A DNA stretch of 64,000 nt from Verrucomicrobiales bacterium (GTDB lineage: Bacteria > Verrucomicrobiota > Verrucomicrobiia > Verrucomicrobiales > DEV007): assembly GCA_048260165.1 (NCBI GenBank), contig JBLXHA010000014.1:62882-126881 (forward strand). The letters run 5' to 3'. Shown here in pieces: positions 35,065-43,801 of this stretch (positions are counted from its first letter, which is position 1; each line of letters opens with the position of its first letter). A program made the position numbers and the translations under genes. A model generated the notes under the pieces. The model was not told the origin of the DNA, did no database searches, and worked only from the letters and a program-made list of their open reading frames with translations.

Positions 35065-37527
35065 TTACTCCGCTTCGATGAGTTTAGGTTCCTCTTCGCC
35101 CCAAACGCGGGCAATGGCGGCTTGGATCTTTTTCTCCATGCGGTCGACGAGTTCGTGATTGGCGGCGACTAGTGCGCATTCGGCTCGAAGATCGTTGACA
35201 ATTTCCAACTGGATCTCGATCGCGGGATTAGGCATTTGAACTTTTGACAAGATACCCTGATTGAGATTTTTCATCGTAACACCGACAGCTTGCTCTTCTA
35301 AGTAAGATTTTGTGGCAGGTGAGCTAACTTGGTAAAAAGCAAACTGGACATCATAGTTTTGTTGAAGGCGAATAACGAAGCACCCAGTGCCGCAGAGCCA
35401 CCCATTCATTTCCGCCGTGGCGACGCCGCAACGGCCCATTTCACCGCGACGCCCTATTACGATGTCGTTCTCGCGGATAGTGAATTCCTCGAGTCGGTCT
35501 CGAGTCTCAGGGGCAACCATTTTTGATCCGACCTTCTGAATTTTCCCGTCGACAATGTTCTTTGGGTTAATAACCGGAATACCTTCGTCAACATAATCAC
35601 TTTGGTGAAGTGCCGTTCCAAACGGACCAGTTAGGATTGCATCGCAAACTTGACCAAGTTCGGCAATCGGCCAGTCGGGGTGGATGGGGATGTGAGGGCG
35701 GTAGTTGTCGAGGACAGCGCGCGCACCGTCGATGACTTTCTGGTAGCCTTCGATCTCCGCCACGATCTCCTTCTGTACCTCCAGCGGAGGGAGGGGGATT
35801 TTGTGGGCGTTGTAGACGTCAGTCCTGTTTAAACCTGGAATCCCAGCACCACCCCTTAATGACGGAAGATCCAGAGCAGTCAAAATTCGATAGACGAATC
35901 TCATGTCAGTGGTCTCCGGAGCAGTGAGCTTGATGTAATAAGTGGTATCTATCGGAAAACAATTTTCCTCGATCCATGTAACTTCGCCTGCCGAACCTTT
36001 CCGCCCAACTACGATAGCGGGACCTTCAATTAGGTATTCGTCGTGGAATCCGGTAATTCCGTTAGAACCAGCCACCGGATATTTACCTTCTCTTCTTTTG
36101 GCCTTTGGTAAGCTGCCGCCGTATTCAAGGGTGCAGACGTCAGTAAAAGGAACCAGTGGGAAGGTGGAGGTTCTTGCAATCGAATCACGATAGCGCTCCC
36201 CACTTAGGTTGTATTCGCCGTTCTCGGCGATTCTCTCTTTCTCAACAATCAGGCCGAGCGTCGGCTGAAGTTCTGCGACCGATTCATTATTACGCAAAGC
36301 ATTGAGGAATTCCTCCAGTTCTGTGTGAACCTGAGGTAGATCATTCTTCTGAATTTCGCGTCGTTGCGCACCGAGCCCAAAGCCGTCGTTTTCGACTTTG
36401 AAGAAGCCGATGGTGTTACTTTGTTTGGCGAGTGATTTGTCGAAGAGAAGGATGCTTGTTTTGACGCCGGAATAAGGTTGGAAAACTCCTGCTGGCAAGG
36501 AGACGACCGCGACGAGGTATTCGTCGACAAGCATTTTTCGGAGCTGTTTGTAGGCGGTTTGAGCTTGGAAGATAATTCCCTCGGGGACGATGACGGCGGC
36601 GCGGCCATTCGGCGTGAGATGCTCCGCGATGTAGTCGACGAAGAGGACTTCACTACGCTTGGACTGCACGGAGAAGCGCTTGTGTGGCTTGATCCCGCCT
36701 TTCGGAGACATGAAGGGTGGATTGGCAAGAACGATATCGACATACTCATTCCACTTCTCGTCAGAAGTGAGGGTGTCGTATTCTTCAATATGAGGGTCTG
36801 AAAAGCCGTGAAGGTAGAGATTGACTAGCGAAAGGCGCACCATGTCGGGCGAGATATCGTAACCGTGGAAGTTATTGGCGAGTCGCCCTTTGTCATCGGG
36901 CGTGAGGGTGCTGTTACCGTTCTTGTCTTGGTTCTCTTGAGCGATGTGCTTGTATGAGGAGATAAGAAAACCAGCGGTGCCACAGGCAGGATCAAGAATC
37001 GTTTCGTCTTTCTTCGGGTCGACGATTTCAACCATGAAATCAATAATGTGTCGCGGGGTGCGAAACTGACCGGCATCGCCCTGAGATCCAAGGACAGAAA
37101 GCAGATACTCGAAGGCATCACCGAGACGCTCGGAGTGATCATATTCAAACTCATCGATGATCTTGAGGAAGCTCTTGAGCGTTTCGGGATCGCGGTAAGG
37201 GAGGTAGGCGTTTTTGAAGATGTCGCGAAAGAGCGCGGGAATACCAGCGTTCTGCGGCATCTTGGAAATGGCTTCGCCGTAGAGTGCGAGGACTTCGTGA
37301 CCGCCTAGGCCGGAGCGCATGAGCTTGGGCCAGCCGTAGCGTTCCCAGTCGCCGGAAAAGAAGGTGCGCTTGCCGCCCATCTCCTCGGACTCGGCGTCCA
37401 TGTCAGCCATGAACTTGTAGATGAGAGCGATCGTGATTTGCTCGACCTGGGATTTCGGGTCGGGAACTTTGCCGACGAGGATATCTCGGGCGGAATCGAT
37501 GCGGCGTTTGGTTTCAGTGTCGAGCAT
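35065..37527 (-). CDS. hsdM/hsdS: type I restriction-modification fused methyltransferase-specificity subunit (HsdM-HsdS)
   Basis: 820 aa. The N-terminal N6-adenine MTase has DPACGTAGFL (motif I) and VLANPPFM (motif IV). The C-terminal ~400 aa hold two target-recognition domains, each followed by a conserved helix (LPPLEVQKEIVAEIEGYQKVIDGA; NPAIEIQLEIVNDLRAECALV). Confidence 0.85.
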   Translation of the reverse strand: MLDTETKRRIDSARDILVGKVPDPKSQVEQITIALIYKFMADMDAESEEMGGKRTFFSGDWERYGWPKLMRSGLGGHEVLALYGEAISKMPQNAGIPALFRDIFKNAYLPYRDPETLKSFLKIIDEFEYDHSERLGDAFEYLLSVLGSQGDAGQFRTPRHIIDFMVEIVDPKKDETILDPACGTAGFLISSYKHIAQENQDKNGNSTLTPDDKGRLANNFHGYDISPDMVRLSLVNLYLHGFSDPHIEEYDTLTSDEKWNEYVDIVLANPPFMSPKGGIKPHKRFSVQSKRSEVLFVDYIAEHLTPNGRAAVIVPEGIIFQAQTAYKQLRKMLVDEYLVAVVSLPAGVFQPYSGVKTSILLFDKSLAKQSNTIGFFKVENDGFGLGAQRREIQKNDLPQVHTELEEFLNALRNNESVAELQPTLGLIVEKERIAENGEYNLSGERYRDSIARTSTFPLVPFTDVCTLEYGGSLPKAKRREGKYPVAGSNGITGFHDEYLIEGPAIVVGRKGSAGEVTWIEENCFPIDTTYYIKLTAPETTDMRFVYRILTALDLPSLRGGAGIPGLNRTDVYNAHKIPLPPLEVQKEIVAEIEGYQKVIDGARAVLDNYRPHIPIHPDWPIAELGQVCDAILTGPFGTALHQSDYVDEGIPVINPKNIVDGKIQKVGSKMVAPETRDRLEEFTIRENDIVIGRRGEMGRCGVATAEMNGWLCGTGCFVIRLQQNYDVQFAFYQVSSPATKSYLEEQAVGVTMKNLNQGILSKVQMPNPAIEIQLEIVNDLRAECALVAANHELVDRMEKKIQAAIARVWGEEEPKLIEAE

Positions 37528-37578
37528 GGGAAGGAGAATGTGAAAACACTATAAGTCGAAAGGAAAGATGCAGAGAGA

Positions 37579-38553
37579 CTATTGCCAGAGTGTGTGATTA
37601 CGCCAATCAGAAGGAAGCCCCATCTCTCCGAGCTGAATCTCCGGATACTCATCGAACAGGTCGAAAAGACGCTTTCTCCACTGACTCGTCGCGCTGATTT
37701 TCCCCAACCATAAGTAGGAAACTGTGAGCATGAATCCGACACGTTGATTGTCAAACTTCGGCTCAGTATGCCACTGAGGATTTTTGTTCTTCCCCGGTAT
37801 AGACGGTTTTACTCCGAACCCTCGATTCCAGATGCGTGAATGATGGGCACAGGCGTTACGGAGGGCAAAGAGGGCCTTCGTCCAGGATAGAAGCTGCTGA
37901 TCCGGAAAGCCGAAATCAGTCGCAATTTGCCGGATTACAGTCTTTTCAACGCCGTTCATCAACCGGAGCGTGGTCCCGCAGGTCATCAACTCGCACGCCA
38001 TCCAGAGAGGCAAATAGTCATGTTCATCTCCGTAAGTTTCCTGAAAATGCTTCACGAATTTATCACCCGACCTACTCTGCTCCTGTTTCAAGGAAGCGAG
38101 CCAACTTTGATGGTCTGACTGCTTGAGCCCCTTAAATTTGGCCAACGATTTGAGATCTCGTTTCAGGCGCTTCAAGAAAGGAATTTTTTTGAAGTGGGGA
38201 AGATTTTTCTCGTCGAGATGCCCGAATCCTCCATTCGTCTGGACGAAGTGATAGACGAGACGGGTTCGCACCGCCACTTCGATTCGCTCAATGGCGTCCA
38301 AAAGGAGAATACGTAGCCTGCGATCAAAATTGTAACGTCGCCAAATCACGTCAAATTTGGTGCCCGGAATGAATGTGTCGAGACGATTGCCCTGAGGATC
38401 GATTTCCCGGAAGGGATAAAGATAGCCGCTGAGACGGTAATAGTTCACCACAGTCAGTCGCTCAATGAGTTCGTCCCGGTTTGCAACCAGGCCTCGGCTG
38501 ATCAGTTGATCCGCCTGAAGGTCCACGGTAAGAGCCGGTTTGGAATAAATCAC
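37579..38553 (-). CDS. Abi_2 (AbiD/AbiF-like) abortive-infection HEPN protein embedded in the R-M operon
   Basis: FALRNACAHHSRIWN signature. The likely start is GTG 38553, preceded by AAAAGGGAGGGACTC (SD-like), giving (M)IYSKPALTVDLQADQLISRGL, typical of the family. The track ATG at 38628 has no SD. Confidence 0.8.
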   Translation of the reverse strand: MIYSKPALTVDLQADQLISRGLVANRDELIERLTVVNYYRLSGYLYPFREIDPQGNRLDTFIPGTKFDVIWRRYNFDRRLRILLLDAIERIEVAVRTRLVYHFVQTNGGFGHLDEKNLPHFKKIPFLKRLKRDLKSLAKFKGLKQSDHQSWLASLKQEQSRSGDKFVKHFQETYGDEHDYLPLWMACELMTCGTTLRLMNGVEKTVIRQIATDFGFPDQQLLSWTKALFALRNACAHHSRIWNRGFGVKPSIPGKNKNPQWHTEPKFDNQRVGFMLTVSYLWLGKISATSQWRKRLFDLFDEYPEIQLGEMGLPSDWRNHTLWQ

Positions 38554-38746
38554 GAGTCCCTCCCTTTTAGACCTTGGATTTGCCCGGAAAAGTGAAATGG
38601 GCAAAAAAATACCCGCCGAATTACGCATGCAAGCAGAGGCGCGGCAGGTTTGATGCTTCTAACAAACATCGTTAAAGCACTTCCCGCAAGTTTTTTATAG
38701 GCTGCCGTATAGGTCGCATCATAGGTGGCCCGGCGCTTAATTTCAA

Positions 38747-41287
38747 TCATGCCACAAACAGGTTCAAAGACACGTAATCCTTGATGTAATCAGGGATGAG
38801 TTGGCGATATTTCTCGGGAACTGCCTTGAGATCCCGGGTCGAGAAAACAGGATTTGTAGCCAGCTGAGTAAGCTCCCGGGTCTCGATGATATGGCGAATC
38901 TGGTCGCTGGTGACGTAAGCTTTGAAGTAATTCTTAATCGCGGGAATAGCCGCGGCTTCGTCGGGTTTGTAATCCGCGACAAACTTGGCGAACTCTTCTT
39001 CGAGCAATTCATCCTTGGATTTGAAGGCAGGGATGAGGCCGAATATTTTTTCAAGGATCTCGCGCAGGGTGAGTCGACGATCGACGGCAGCAGCCCTTCG
39101 CAGTTTATCAAGATTGTAATATTCGTCCGGTTTCTCAAAGAGCTCCTTATTGACATAGTTGATGACCTTGTCCCACTCGCCCGCCTCAACGCTCGCAGCG
39201 ATGAAGTCGTTTTCTTTGACGCTGCCCTCGAACCTATCGAAGAACATTCGGTCGATCTTCATGCCCTCAGCGCCAACCTCCGCCACTTTGAGCGAGGCGA
39301 TAATATCGGAACCGGAATTCTCGTATATCGCGCCGGTGACGGTGCCGCCACCTCCCGTGTCAGTCCCTTCGCCTGTTCCTTTCGGCTTAGGGAGTTTGAG
39401 AATTTCGTCGTAGTTGAACTCTTCCTCGAAATACTCGCAGTTCGCAAAGAAGTCGAAAAGTTTGAAGGAAGTCTTGTCCGGATTCTCAACGATTTCCTTT
39501 CTTCCTTCGTCATGGAGTTCTTCAAGGAAACGATGTTTTCGCGTTCCGCGGCCTTTGATCTGGATGAAGTCAGTCGGTGAGAAAATCGGGCGGAACATTC
39601 CCAGATTGAGAAGATCGGGACAGTCGTATCCAGTGGTCATCATACCGACGGTGACGCAGACACGGGCTTTGCTGGTCTTGTAGGTATCGATGAAATTTGC
39701 GGAGCCGAGCAGATTATTGTTCGTAAAATTGATCGTGAACTGCTGGGCATCTGAAATCTGGGAGGTCACCTGGACCGCGAAATCAGACTTATACTTCCCG
39801 GGAAACATCTTATCCGCCATGACATTGAGAATCTGGGTCAGCTTGGCGGCATGCGCCTGGCTGACGCCAAAGACGATCGACTTGCCAATCTCTCCACTGA
39901 CCGGATCGCGAAGAGCATTCTCAAGGAAGGTTTTGCAAAGAAGTTCGTTGGTGGATTCCGAGAAAAAGCGTTTCTCGAATTGGCGTTGCTTGTAGGATTC
40001 TTTCTGATCCTCGCCTTCGTCATCGGTAAATTCGACGACAAAGCCTTCTTTAGAAAGCAGCTCGGTAGTAACGTCGGAACGGGCATCGACGACCGTAGGA
40101 TTGATGAGAAACTTGTCTTTAACACCGTCCAGCAGCGAGTAGCGATAAGTAGGCTGGCTATCTTCACAACCGAAGGTTCGGTAGGTATCGAGGAGAAGTC
40201 GGCGTTCGTGCTCTCGAGGGTCCTTGGTCGTAGGCTTATCCTTGTCGAAACGTCTCAGGTAGTCGCGCGGAGTGGCAGTGAGCCCGAGCTTGGCACCAAC
40301 AAAGTATTCGAAGACTGCTCGAGCATTTCCGGAAATGGAGCGGTGAGCTTCGTCCGAGATGATGAGATCAAAGTCGGTAGGCGAGAAAAGCTGTTGGTAT
40401 TTGTTGTTGAAGAGAAGTGACTGGACAGTGGTGACGACTATCTCGGCGTGTCGCCAGTCGTCGCGATTATCCTTGTAGATCACCGTCTTGTAATCATTCG
40501 AGAGTAGAAACGCGAAGGCTTTCCAGGCTTGGACTTCGAGTTCGAGACGGTCGACAAGAAAAAGGACACGCCGAGCATTTCCGGTGCGAAGGAAGAGCTT
40601 AATAACCGCGGCAGAGGTCAGAGTCTTACCAGTGCCGGTGGCCATTTCAAAGAGAAATCGATCATTCCCCTCTTTGACGGCTGCTTGCAGTTTATGAATG
40701 GCATTTTTCTGATACTCGCGAAGAAATCGGAGTTTATTGGCATCAATATAACCAGGGCGTTCCGCTTCACTGATCCACCCCGCTTCGGAAGCGTAGGAAG
40801 GGCGCTGGGTCAGGGCGATGTAGTCGTTATCGACATTCTCTTCGACGAGGCGTTTGGTGTCCGGCCTTGTTTTGGAGTATCCAAGAACTGAGGTCGGTGT
40901 GGGGAAGCTGGTGATTAAGTAGGGATTGCCGCGTTCAAGATCCCAGAAATGGTGAAGGTTGCCGTTTGAGAGGATGACGAATCGGCAGTTCTGTGAGCGG
41001 GCATATTTTCGAGCCTGTTCTTTGCCAACAAGTGGATCTTTGTTCTCGGATTTGGCTTCGAGGACGATGAGAGGAAAGCCTTTGGAATCGAGAAGCAGGA
41101 AGTCGATGAAGCCGTTGGAGGATTTTTCGAAGTTTTCGCCGAGCTCATCGAGCGCAGCGGAGGTAACTTTGACTTTTGGCTCGAGGCAGATGTTTGCCGC
41201 TCCATTGGCGTCGTCAAAGAATCGCCAGCCCGCCCCTTCGAGGAGGTGGTTTATCTTGATGCGGGCAGTGGCCTCTTTCGCGCTCAT
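38747..41287 (-). CDS. hsdR: type I restriction enzyme R subunit (helicase-nuclease)
   Basis: N-terminal nuclease region ARIKINHLLEGAGWRF ... IDFLLLD ... LIVLEAKS. SF2 helicase motifs FEMATGTGKT, IISDEAHRS, MMTTGYDCP and QIKGRGTR. Long C-terminal helical domain. Confidence 0.9.
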   Translation of the reverse strand: MSAKEATARIKINHLLEGAGWRFFDDANGAANICLEPKVKVTSAALDELGENFEKSSNGFIDFLLLDSKGFPLIVLEAKSENKDPLVGKEQARKYARSQNCRFVILSNGNLHHFWDLERGNPYLITSFPTPTSVLGYSKTRPDTKRLVEENVDNDYIALTQRPSYASEAGWISEAERPGYIDANKLRFLREYQKNAIHKLQAAVKEGNDRFLFEMATGTGKTLTSAAVIKLFLRTGNARRVLFLVDRLELEVQAWKAFAFLLSNDYKTVIYKDNRDDWRHAEIVVTTVQSLLFNNKYQQLFSPTDFDLIISDEAHRSISGNARAVFEYFVGAKLGLTATPRDYLRRFDKDKPTTKDPREHERRLLLDTYRTFGCEDSQPTYRYSLLDGVKDKFLINPTVVDARSDVTTELLSKEGFVVEFTDDEGEDQKESYKQRQFEKRFFSESTNELLCKTFLENALRDPVSGEIGKSIVFGVSQAHAAKLTQILNVMADKMFPGKYKSDFAVQVTSQISDAQQFTINFTNNNLLGSANFIDTYKTSKARVCVTVGMMTTGYDCPDLLNLGMFRPIFSPTDFIQIKGRGTRKHRFLEELHDEGRKEIVENPDKTSFKLFDFFANCEYFEEEFNYDEILKLPKPKGTGEGTDTGGGGTVTGAIYENSGSDIIASLKVAEVGAEGMKIDRMFFDRFEGSVKENDFIAASVEAGEWDKVINYVNKELFEKPDEYYNLDKLRRAAAVDRRLTLREILEKIFGLIPAFKSKDELLEEEFAKFVADYKPDEAAAIPAIKNYFKAYVTSDQIRHIIETRELTQLATNPVFSTRDLKAVPEKYRQLIPDYIKDYVSLNLFVA

Positions 41288-41545
41288 GCTTCTGATTGAT
41301 TATAGCTGGTGACTCACTCTGGAAGAATTCGTTGCATCAATACGATATTTTTTTTTCAAAAAAGAAGCAGCGAGACTGATCTCCGAGTGTCATCGGAATC
41401 AAAAAAGTAGGTAGTATAGCTACTCTCTAACACAAATCCAACAATCCCGGCCGGAAATCGCTCCCCTGAAGAAGTGAGTTTTTTTGGTTGGCGGAGTAAC
41501 GCGACTCCGCAAAGCGAAGCACCGCCCGCAAAGAGCAAGGCAAAG

Positions 41546-41728
41546 AGAGACGGAATGAGTTTCATTCCGCTACGAAGCACGCGCAAAAACGTAGCACAGG
41601 TTCTCAACCTGTAAGCAGAGCCCACCCGCCGGAGCCTCTGCGCCTGCGTGCCCATCACACTCCGTGTGATGATCAGAGCCCACCCGCCGGAGCCTCCGCC
41701 CCGACAGGCAGAGAACACATGCTACGGC
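41546..41728. repeat. palindrome-rich interspersed repeat, copy R2
   Basis: gagacggaatgagtttcattccgctacg...gtagcacaggttctcaacctgt...ccgccggagcctc...catcacactccgtgtgatg...ccgccggagcctcc...ggcagagaacaca. Near-identical to R3 apart from scattered substitutions and a ~13-bp indel. Confidence 0.85.
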
Positions 41729-41833
41729 AATTGCATGGGGCTGGAGACGGAGCGGTGCCTTTATTGCGCGGGTTTGTGCTTTGTTTGGCCCCTGCGAACG
41801 CTTTAGGTTACCAGGGTTTACGTATCCCTACCC

Positions 41834-42550
41834 ATGAAAGTCATCGCCTGGAACCTCGCTCACCAAGTTAAGAAACGCCCCATTCCCGACTACATGGTCG
41901 ACGTGATCGGGGATCTCGAGGCCGACACGGTGCTCTTCAATGAGTATGTCGATCACGAGATTCGCGAACCTTTCAAAGAGGCGATGCGTGAGGCGGGGTA
42001 TCAATGGCAGGCGGTCTCCCACACTCCGGCGGTCCACAACCAGATCTTTGCGGCTTCGCGCTTTCCCTTCAAGGTGGGCGACCTCGAGCCTCCTCAGTTC
42101 GACGGCTCGGCGATCTCGAATTTTCTCCATCTCCAGTTCGATGACTTCCCCGTGGAAATGGTAGGGATCCGCGCCCCCGCTTACTCGAAAGCGGCCGACA
42201 AGCATGCCTACTGGGCCGAGCTCGCGGCGATCATGGATTCGGCGAAAGACAGGAAGATCCTTTTCGCCGGCGACGTGAATTACGATCCCTTCAAGAAAGC
42301 GAAACAACCCGAAGCGGAGACGGTTCCCTTTCATCTCTGCGATGACTATCAAATCCCCAATCCGAAGGGTGATTGGAGCTTTCTCGCCTACAGCGGAAAT
42401 GGCTTCAAGATCGATCACGTGATGCACACTCCCAACATCGAGGTCACTCAAGTCGAATACCTCAATTGGATCCGCGGACGCTATCTCGCCGGAGAGAAAA
42501 TCAAGAAGCCCATCTCGGATCACGCGGTGCTGCGGTTTGAGGTCGAGTAG
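41834..42550 (+). CDS. endonuclease/exonuclease/phosphatase (EEP) family protein
   Basis: MKVIAWNLAH, VLFNEY, FAGDVNYDP, IDHVM and ISDHAVLRFEV follow the order of EEP catalytic motifs. Confidence 0.8.
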   Translation: MKVIAWNLAHQVKKRPIPDYMVDVIGDLEADTVLFNEYVDHEIREPFKEAMREAGYQWQAVSHTPAVHNQIFAASRFPFKVGDLEPPQFDGSAISNFLHLQFDDFPVEMVGIRAPAYSKAADKHAYWAELAAIMDSAKDRKILFAGDVNYDPFKKAKQPEAETVPFHLCDDYQIPNPKGDWSFLAYSGNGFKIDHVMHTPNIEVTQVEYLNWIRGRYLAGEKIKKPISDHAVLRFEVE

Positions 42551-42575
42551 GGTTCAGCGCGAGCCGGGAATCACA

Positions 42576-42770
42576 GAGACGGAATGAGTTTCATTCCGCT
42601 ACGAGGCACACGCAAAAACGTAGCACAGGTTTTCAACCTGTAAGCAGAGCCGATCCGCCGGAGCCTCTGCGCCTGCGTGCCCATCACACTCCGTGTGATG
42701 ATCAGAGCCTACCCGCCGAAGCCTCCGCCCCGAGAGGCAGAGAACACAGGTTGCAAACCTGTGCTACGGC
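42576..42770. repeat. palindrome-rich interspersed repeat, copy R3
   Basis: Direct-orientation copy of R2. It ends with the perfect hairpin cacaggtt-gca-aacctgtg inside gaacacaggttgcaaacctgtgctacggc. Confidence 0.85.
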
Positions 42771-42787
42771 AGATTCTGACGCTTCCT

Positions 42788-43633
42788 CTAACAAAACAGC
42801 GTCACGTTGGGGCCGGGCTCTTCGAGGAAGTGTTTTGCGAGGACGCCGACGTGGAGGTCGTGGTAGGTGCGTTTCGAGCGGATCCCGGCGGCGACGAGGT
42901 CGACGGGGGTGAAGCACTCCGTCTGGATCGCTTCGAGCGGGGGAAGATCGGAGTATTCGATGCTGACGTCGCGGCAGCCTTTCGCGCGGAGGAAACGCTC
43001 GCACTCGTCTCCCATGCGCTGAGCGATTTCCGGATCGATCATCGAGACGCGGATGAAGATCGGGAGGTCGGGTTGTCGCGCGATGAGCCTCGCGAGCCCG
43101 TGAAGCGCGCGCGTCGCACAGGGTCCTCCGTCAAAGAAGAGCGCGGCGGAGGTGATTTCGGAAACGAATTGCTTCCCCGTGACGAGGACCGGGACCACGG
43201 TTTGGTCGAGAATCTCGAGGATGGGGTCAACGCGCCGGTGGAGCATCCCCTCGCGATCCGGGAAGTGGGGGCTCGACGGCAGGACGATGACATCGGCAAA
43301 GCGAGAGAGGAGAAGGATCTGGGTCGCGGCGTGCCCTTTCACGAGGAGTTCACGGACCGTCACCTCCTCGCGGGCGGCCTCGATGATAAAGTCGGCGCAC
43401 CGCCGGCTGAGTGGACTGTTGAGGAGGTCTTCCGGGGGTTCCTCCCGGTGCATGAACTCTTTTTCATGAAACGGGAGCGGCACGGTTTCGTAGGGAGCGC
43501 TGTCGTCATCGATCGCGACGAGAATGATTTCCGCCCCGTTTTTCGAGGCGAGGGAAAGGGCGGTGGAGGCGGCGGCTTCAAAGCCCTGATCCGATGTCAC
43601 CGGAAATAGTATGCAGCTAAGATTTGCGTTCAT
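42788..43633 (-). CDS. tandem universal stress protein (USP) domain protein
   Basis: 281 aa with two USP-like halves (ILFPVTSDQGFEAAASTALSLA..; LFFDGGPCATRALHGLARLI..). Confidence 0.7.
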   Translation of the reverse strand: MNANLSCILFPVTSDQGFEAAASTALSLASKNGAEIILVAIDDDSAPYETVPLPFHEKEFMHREEPPEDLLNSPLSRRCADFIIEAAREEVTVRELLVKGHAATQILLLSRFADVIVLPSSPHFPDREGMLHRRVDPILEILDQTVVPVLVTGKQFVSEITSAALFFDGGPCATRALHGLARLIARQPDLPIFIRVSMIDPEIAQRMGDECERFLRAKGCRDVSIEYSDLPPLEAIQTECFTPVDLVAAGIRSKRTYHDLHVGVLAKHFLEEPGPNVTLFC

Positions 43634-43801
43634 GACTCAATATGATCGCGTCCCGCGCTTTCGGCTCTCCGCCCTTTGCGAAATGCGAAGCGTCTGTTGC
43701 TTCGTCCGCGCCCCCCTTTCCCTGCGATTCGAGAACCAAATCCGCGGAGGCTTTCACAAGATACGGAGAGTGGAGAGGCGACGGCGGCTCTACTTTGGAG
43801 G

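Larger units (their letters stand above)
31958..41545 (-). other. lower-GC defence island (type I R-M, Abi, Mrr, HEPN cassette); no integrase seen
   Basis: Eight co-directional minus-strand ORFs. Hand GC counts of single 60-nt lines give 40-58% inside (for example 33301, 35281, 40381) versus 53-62% in the flanks (27001, 45001). Repeat elements border both sides. Confidence 0.65.

Noticed and set aside
34887-35114. 75-aa track ORF spanning the hsdMS/Mrr junction.
   Set aside because: It overlaps the 3' end of hsdMS and the Mrr start out of frame, and it is Ser/Pro/Arg-rich. The 52-aa in-frame ORF at 34903-35061 explains the gap better.
32217-41312. Plus-strand ORFs inside the island (for example 34195-34677, 38801-39580, 39851-40420 and 40529-40891).
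   Set aside because: All are antisense to well-supported minus-strand genes (Mrr-like, hsdR) and have no recognisable motifs or plausible starts.
41356-41718. 120-aa ORF between hsdR and the EEP gene.
   Set aside because: It lies almost entirely within the interspersed repeat R2 and its flank. The equivalent repeat copies give similar pseudo-peptides (GSGGWALIITRSVMGT-like), so it is a repeat artefact.
41546-42770. Integron-like gene cassette, with the EEP gene flanked by attC-like palindromic sites.
   Set aside because: No intI gene or attI is in the window. A GTTRRRY-like core (gttaggc) is present only in R1 and is replaced by gacaggc or gagaggc in R2 and R3. The repeats are longer and differently organised than typical attC sites. 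This cannot be excluded without a genome-wide search, but it is unsupported here.
43716-43726. A possible shared operator, CTTTCCC(T)GCG, upstream of two USP genes (43716-43726 and 56890-56900).
   Set aside because: This is only an ~10-nt match seen in two of the four USP upstream regions. That is easily expected by chance in GC-rich DNA and needs statistical motif discovery.
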